This document shows, piece after piece, positions 52,191 through 64,000 of a DNA stretch of 64,000 nt (positions are counted from its first letter, which is position 1; the number at the start of each line of letters is the position of its first letter). The notes beneath the pieces are model-generated. The model did not search any database. It was not told where the DNA came from and saw only the letters and a program-made list of their open reading frames with translations. This DNA comes from Bugula neritina (lineage: Eukaryota > Animalia > Bryozoa). The stretch lies in the NCBI GenBank assembly GCA_964035545.1, contig OZ037767.1, forward strand, positions 8,814,581 through 8,878,580, read 5' to 3'. Position numbers and translations under genes: made by a program.

Positions 52191-53529
52191 ATTTATACTA
52201 ACAGATTAGGCAAATCTGCTTACATTAACTTTAAGGTAAACAGTTCACTGCTTCATGCATAAATTCTTTGGCAGATCACAGTAAAGTTTTTGTACAAATA
52301 AGCTGTAACCATCATTACCGCTAAATTATTTTGACAAAACTTAATATACTCACAAAGCACTAAGAGCTGTCACCTGTGTAATCAGGTTTTAGACTTATGA
52401 AACACTTTAATACACAGCAACTAGCAGATTAGAGTAATTTAATATAATAAAATATAAAATGAGATAATTTATTATAATTAAAAATAGACGGGTAATCTAT
52501 AGTATAATATAATATATTAGCACCTGATAAAGTTTCTCTTTGATAAAGCAGTACAAACTTATAACTTTAGCTTTTAATCATGTACTCTAATTTGCAATAC
52601 TGAAAATTTGTATAGATGATATATTTTCATACTTATAAGGCACTGATTAGAGCATATATAGCATACTAATGTGTCTTCATAATATCTACATGAAATGCAC
52701 AAACAATGCTTTATAAATGGAAAAATCAGTTAAGTTATACTATATTATAGGCCTACTATAATAAATTGGTATATCATTCTATAATTTAAATTATTTCAAT
52801 TTATATGTTATTTTATTAAATCAATTTTTAGTTTATTAGTAGTGTATTAAAATGTTTTAAGTTTAAAATCATGTCAATAGGTGAGGGATTTCTGAATGCG
52901 GAAAGTGTTACTTTGTTATGTAGGGTAGGCCTACCTATATTATAGTATTGACATAACAATTTAGCAGTAATGATGGTTACAACATTGTACAAAAACTATA
53001 ACCGTTACTGTGATATGCTAAAGACTTTATGTATAAAGCAGTGAACTGTTTAGCTTAAAGTTAATGTAAGCAAATGTGCATAATCTGTTAGTATAAACTA
53101 ATTGTAATGTGTTATGACTGATGAGAGTTTCGCTATATTTTTACATTGCTTATTGAGAGTTATCCTTTCATTAGATGCTTTACTTCGTATGATTAGTTTA
53201 GGGTTATCTTCTCACATGTAGGAGAGCAAGAAGACAGGAGCTTGGTAGCACAAGAGCATAACAATTGTTGCCTCAAACAATAGGATTCTTTGTATTTTAC
53301 CCAAAGAAACTTTTATTTTTTTATGCATTTTTGTTAAAATGCATATGTGATTACTATAATGTTATAGCATCAATTATATAAACATAAAACTTTTTAAAGC
53401 GGCTGACAGATATCATTGATCATTTATAGTACATTGTTCATGATTAAATATACATACTTGAGCATAATAATTATGTTTGATGTGTACAGGTATAAGAAAG
53501 TAATGTTATTCATCAAAGTTTCATTTAGT

Positions 53530-59988
<6,459 letters not shown>

Positions 59989-60199
59989 TCTGCTGTCACT
60001 AAGGTTCAACTCTTTTAACTTAAAGTGGAAGAGCTGAGCTCTATCAGGATAACTAAACTGTCTGCACTGCTGGTAGAGATCTATATGACTGTATAATCAG
60101 TTATACGCATGAGGTAACAGAATGATTGGCTCACATCATAGTCACTCATGCTACAATATATAACATCAGTAGACACTATGTTGCTGCATCTTAAAAAAG

Positions 60200-61270
60200 A
60201 GTGAAATATTAAAGCAAGGTGGCACATCTCTAAAAAAGACATCGTGGGAAATCTTATGTAGAGCTTGGAGAAATGGGACAATTCCTAAAGGCTGGAGGGA
60301 CGCTGCCATGATAACTACATTTAAGTTATCATGACTGTAGTAACTACCGAGGTATCTTCCTGCTATCAATCCCTGGTAAAGTCATGGCAAGAACTCTGCT
60401 CTAACGGATAAATGATCACATCGAAACTATTATTCTCCCAGAAACTCAATGCGGTTTTTTCCAGCTGAGAGGAGCACAGTGGATATGATTTTTACATTAA
60501 AGCAAGTGCAAGAAAAGTGTAGTGTACGCTGTGTTCATAGACTTCACCAAAGCCTTTGACACTGTTAGCAGAGAGACGCTGTGGATCATCCTTGGGAGAT
60601 ACAGTGTTCCATCACACTTGATTAAGCTGATTCAGCAATTTCATATTAGAATAGAAGCACATATATCATGCAAAGGCCAGCTGTCACCGCCATTTGCTGT
60701 CAATAATGCAGTAAAGCAAGGCTGGCTTCTTGTGCCTACATTATTTAGCATATACCTGGGGTGCGGTACTTGATGAAGCATTCTTCAACACCAGCCACGG
60801 TATCTACCTGCAAACCAAACCTGGTGCTAATCTATTCAACCTTGCTTTTTTTAAATTTAAGAGTTGTCACATTTAACTACACTTTGTGAGTTGATGTACG
60901 TAAATGAGACAGCACAAACAGCACACAGCTTGGAGGATATGCAAGTGGTTACATCACGCTTTGCTAACGCTGCCCATGACTTTGGATTGTGTATAAATTT
61001 GCACAAAACAGAGGTCATGTACCAATCATGTGCGCATACAACCGAAAGATCTGGCAACAGCCAAATTGAGGACCACCCTCTCGAGAATGTTAGCAGGTTT
61101 ACATACCTTGGAGTCTAGAAATCGAACTACAAACTAGGATGTGTAAAGATTCAGTTGCACTTAAGAGATTAAGAGAAAAACTCTGGAACAACAATGGTGT
61201 GACAATCAGAGTGAAATGTCAAGTGTACAGAGCTATTGTTCTGACCACCCTACTTTACGGCTCTAAAATG
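60200..61270 (+). mobile_element. Decayed RTE/BovB-like LINE reverse transcriptase fragment just upstream of copy F
   Basis: DCSNYRGI.LLSIPGKV.AR, LPETQCGF, RSTVDMIFTLKQVQEKC, FIDFTKAFDTVSR, VKQG, INLHKTEVM, FTYLG across frameshifts. Confidence 0.9.
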
Positions 61271-62391
61271 TCATTTGAGTAAAATGAAATTTAAAGTATT
61301 CAATTGTGGTGCTTTGATGTGAGATATAATGTTCAACATCATACAAACCATAAGCTTTGAAGATACATTTTCTTTGCGCAAATTGCTTATGCAATTTAGA
61401 AATGTCAAATATTAGTTCTATACTTTGTTAACAACTACATTTGAGGCTATTTTTTATCCATTATAGACAAGCTAGACTCAAAATATGCAGTTTGATCTGA
61501 TTTAAGTAGTCATTCATGCATACACATACAGGCATTCAAGTTAAGCAGATAGACTGGCCCATATCACTGAGTTTGACCTTTACCCTGCTTTCATGTCTCA
61601 ATTTAGCTGCAATTGAACATATCAATACATGGGAGGACAGTAATAACTTTTGTTGGCACAAACATTTAGAACAGCCTAATCTGAATTCACTATTTATAGA
61701 TAATGTTCAAGTAACTGCCCATCACTATTGTGCAATGAGGCTATTTTTATCTAGACAATCTTGTATGGTATACTCACGAAGACAGAAAAATTCAGCAGTC
61801 TGATGACTGAATGAATTTTTTGGAAAATGAAACCCTACCCTACTAAGACCAAATTCTCCTCCCCCCTCCAGTGCAAATCCTCCCTTTGGTGGGAATCACA
61901 AGCATAAGGCAAGCAAATTAAGTTGAATAAATTAGATAAGTCATCTTCATACATATTAAGACAGGTGTTCCGAAAAAATTGGAATTATATTACTAACATC
62001 TGATCTTCAATATCAGATTGCTTGATTGTGCTATAAGGTAGCATCCTACTCGACCAGGTATGGCAGTATATAGTCTGATCCTCTGATACAGCTAATTAAA
62101 ACTCATGACCTAGTTTTCTGCCAGCGATATGAATAGCCATTAGAAATCATTCTTTGAAGTTTTTTATCAAATAATTTGTGTCAAATGTGAATTCCAGTAC
62201 TGGCCAGTCCCACATTTTCACTGTGTATAATGTAATTGGCAGTTACAACATATATGAACAACATTAGCTGTGAATGGCATTGGAATTTTAGCATATTTTA
62301 GCATATAATTATAATCAGTATCTATAAATAGATCAGCTATCAAAGTAGCTTCCCTGGGAGTACAATTTTGGTACATGAGCTGCATTTATTA

Positions 62392-62605
62392 GGGAGCAGC
62401 CGTGGTCTAGGGGTTAGACTTTAGAGTGTTTGGCTTAGCAAACACGAAGTCATGTATTCTGACCCCATCGAAGGTCATTGATGATGTTTATAGGAAAATC
62501 ATCCAGTCATAATAGCTACTGTGCCACATAAATGAATAAGTCTTAGCCCCACTTTAAAAAAACCCTTTTCGTCAGGGGTTTTCCAGGAATGGCGACTATG
62601 AACTT
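62392..62605 (+). mobile_element. tRNA-derived SINE copy (duplicated with its flanks relative to 12225-12430)
   Basis: Begins GGGAGCAGCCGTGGTCTAGG; flanks match those of the 12.3-kb copy in reverse complement. Confidence 0.8.
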
Positions 62606-63691
62606 GTTAGTTTTTCGTGAGTGAGTTGCATTTATGGTGATTAGATATAAATTATAGCTTCATACTGTAGGTTAGTTTTATCGGAGAACTCTTATTACTT
62701 TATGTATACACCAAGGAGAGCCTGCAGTCCGTGACAAACTTTGTTGGGCACAGAACATGTTACTATAAGTTGAGTCATAAAGGGAGATTCACCAAGAACA
62801 GCTAGTACATAGTACATACATAAAGTGATAGCTTTTTATATGAACGCTTTCCACAGCTTTTCCCTTAAAGCTTGTATAACAAAAATGCTATAATATACAA
62901 CAAAGCCAGTTTAAAATTTACTACAGCTAGAATGACAGCTATAAATATTTGAAGTTCTACTTCTAAAATTGGATAGGATTTGTTATGTGTGAACTTTATA
63001 TTTGAGAATGTCATCATAATGTGTATGCTAATTGTCAATGTCAAAATAATATCACATACTATAGATTATAAAACAGTGCTCCCTCCATCGCTCACAGACT
63101 TAATTCTTACAAAATTCCATGGATCACACAAAGGCTTGGGTGTCCATTTTTGGCTGAAGCACCATTGAAAATACGTAGTGACATAAGATTTTTGTGTGCT
63201 TATTTCAAAGCATGTAAAGCAATCATTATTAGAGAAAGTATTTGTTGTATGGCATGACCTGTGTTGATTTAATAGTAATTAAGTGGACTAATTGTCAAAT
63301 GTGTATAAATTGACAAGTTTAGATTAAATATAGAGTCAAATTCCTCAGAGAATATTTTTATAATAATTTGACAGTGTAGATAACAATGTCAAGCAGTTAT
63401 ATAACTCCACATATTTAAGATAGGCTATTTAGTCACCATAAATACAGCTCATGTACTTAAATCATACTCCCAGAGATATGCTACTTTGCTGGAATCTCTA
63501 GAGGTTATTCACGTGATGATGTGGTTCATTTGGTACCTGCATGTACTCTATGTAAACATAAACTTGTTGTCAACCAACTGCTATTTCGGTTTAATAGCAA
63601 ATATGCTTCCATTTATCTTTTTTTCTGTATCATAATATACAGCTATACATTGTGACTAGAAAATATTATTGCTGTATAGAGTTTCACTGTT

Positions 63692-64000
63692 GGGTTTCAC
63701 TAGCTGCTGGGTTTCACTAGCTGCTGGGTTTCACTAGCTGCTGGGTTTCACTAGCTGCTGGGTTTCGCTAGCTGCTGGGTTTCGCTAGCTGCTGGGTTTC
63801 GCTAGCTGCTGGGTTTCGCTAGCTGCTGGGTTTCGCTAGCTGCTGGGTTTCGCTAGCTGCTGGGTTTCGCTAGCTGCTGGGTTTCGCTAGCTGCTGGGTT
63901 TCGCTAGCTGCTGGGTTTCGCTAGCTGCTGGGTTTCGCTAGCTGCTGGGTTTCGCTAGCTGCTGGGTTTCGCTAGCTGCTGGGTTTCGCTAGCTGCTGGG
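63692..64000. repeat. 17-bp tandem repeat GGGTTTC(A/G)CTAGCTGCT, at least 18 copies, running off the window
   Basis: Directly visible; first four units carry A, the rest G. Confidence 0.98.

Noticed and set aside
63692-64000. Telomeric repeat
   Set aside because: The 17-bp unit contains GGGTTT but is not a TTAGGG/TTAGG-type array.

Overview
AT-rich, intron-containing genomic DNA from an invertebrate animal (species not identifiable from sequence alone). The backbone is a cluster of six closely related 10-exon cytochrome P450 genes resembling CYP clan 2. Copy A is partial at the left edge, B-E are on +, and F is inverted on -. All six share an atypical heme loop (FGSG[M/K/Q]K[G/S]CIG), and B-F share a YxxxR C-helix. 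Copy B has a broken exon-8 acceptor, copy D lost its exon-3 acceptor but has an in-frame cryptic one, and D/E lack the I-helix acid. Between D and E lies a 10.8-kb nested insertion: a Mutator-like TIR shell with a 9-bp TSD (empty site visible in the paralogous duplicate) encloses a decayed Polinton/adintovirus-like remnant (PLA2 plus integrase N-terminus, capsid, cysteine protease, pPolB), which is split by an intact, very young Gypsy LTR retrotransposon. Intron 5 of copy F holds Penelope-like fragments with two minimal hammerhead-ribozyme motifs on the gene's sense strand. Also present: a decayed Gypsy element in intron 1 of C, two RTE LINE fragments, tRNA-derived SINEs, hAT and foldback MITEs, a 68-bp junction hairpin, and mini/microsatellites. 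Coordinates, translations and family assignments were made by eye; no searches were run.
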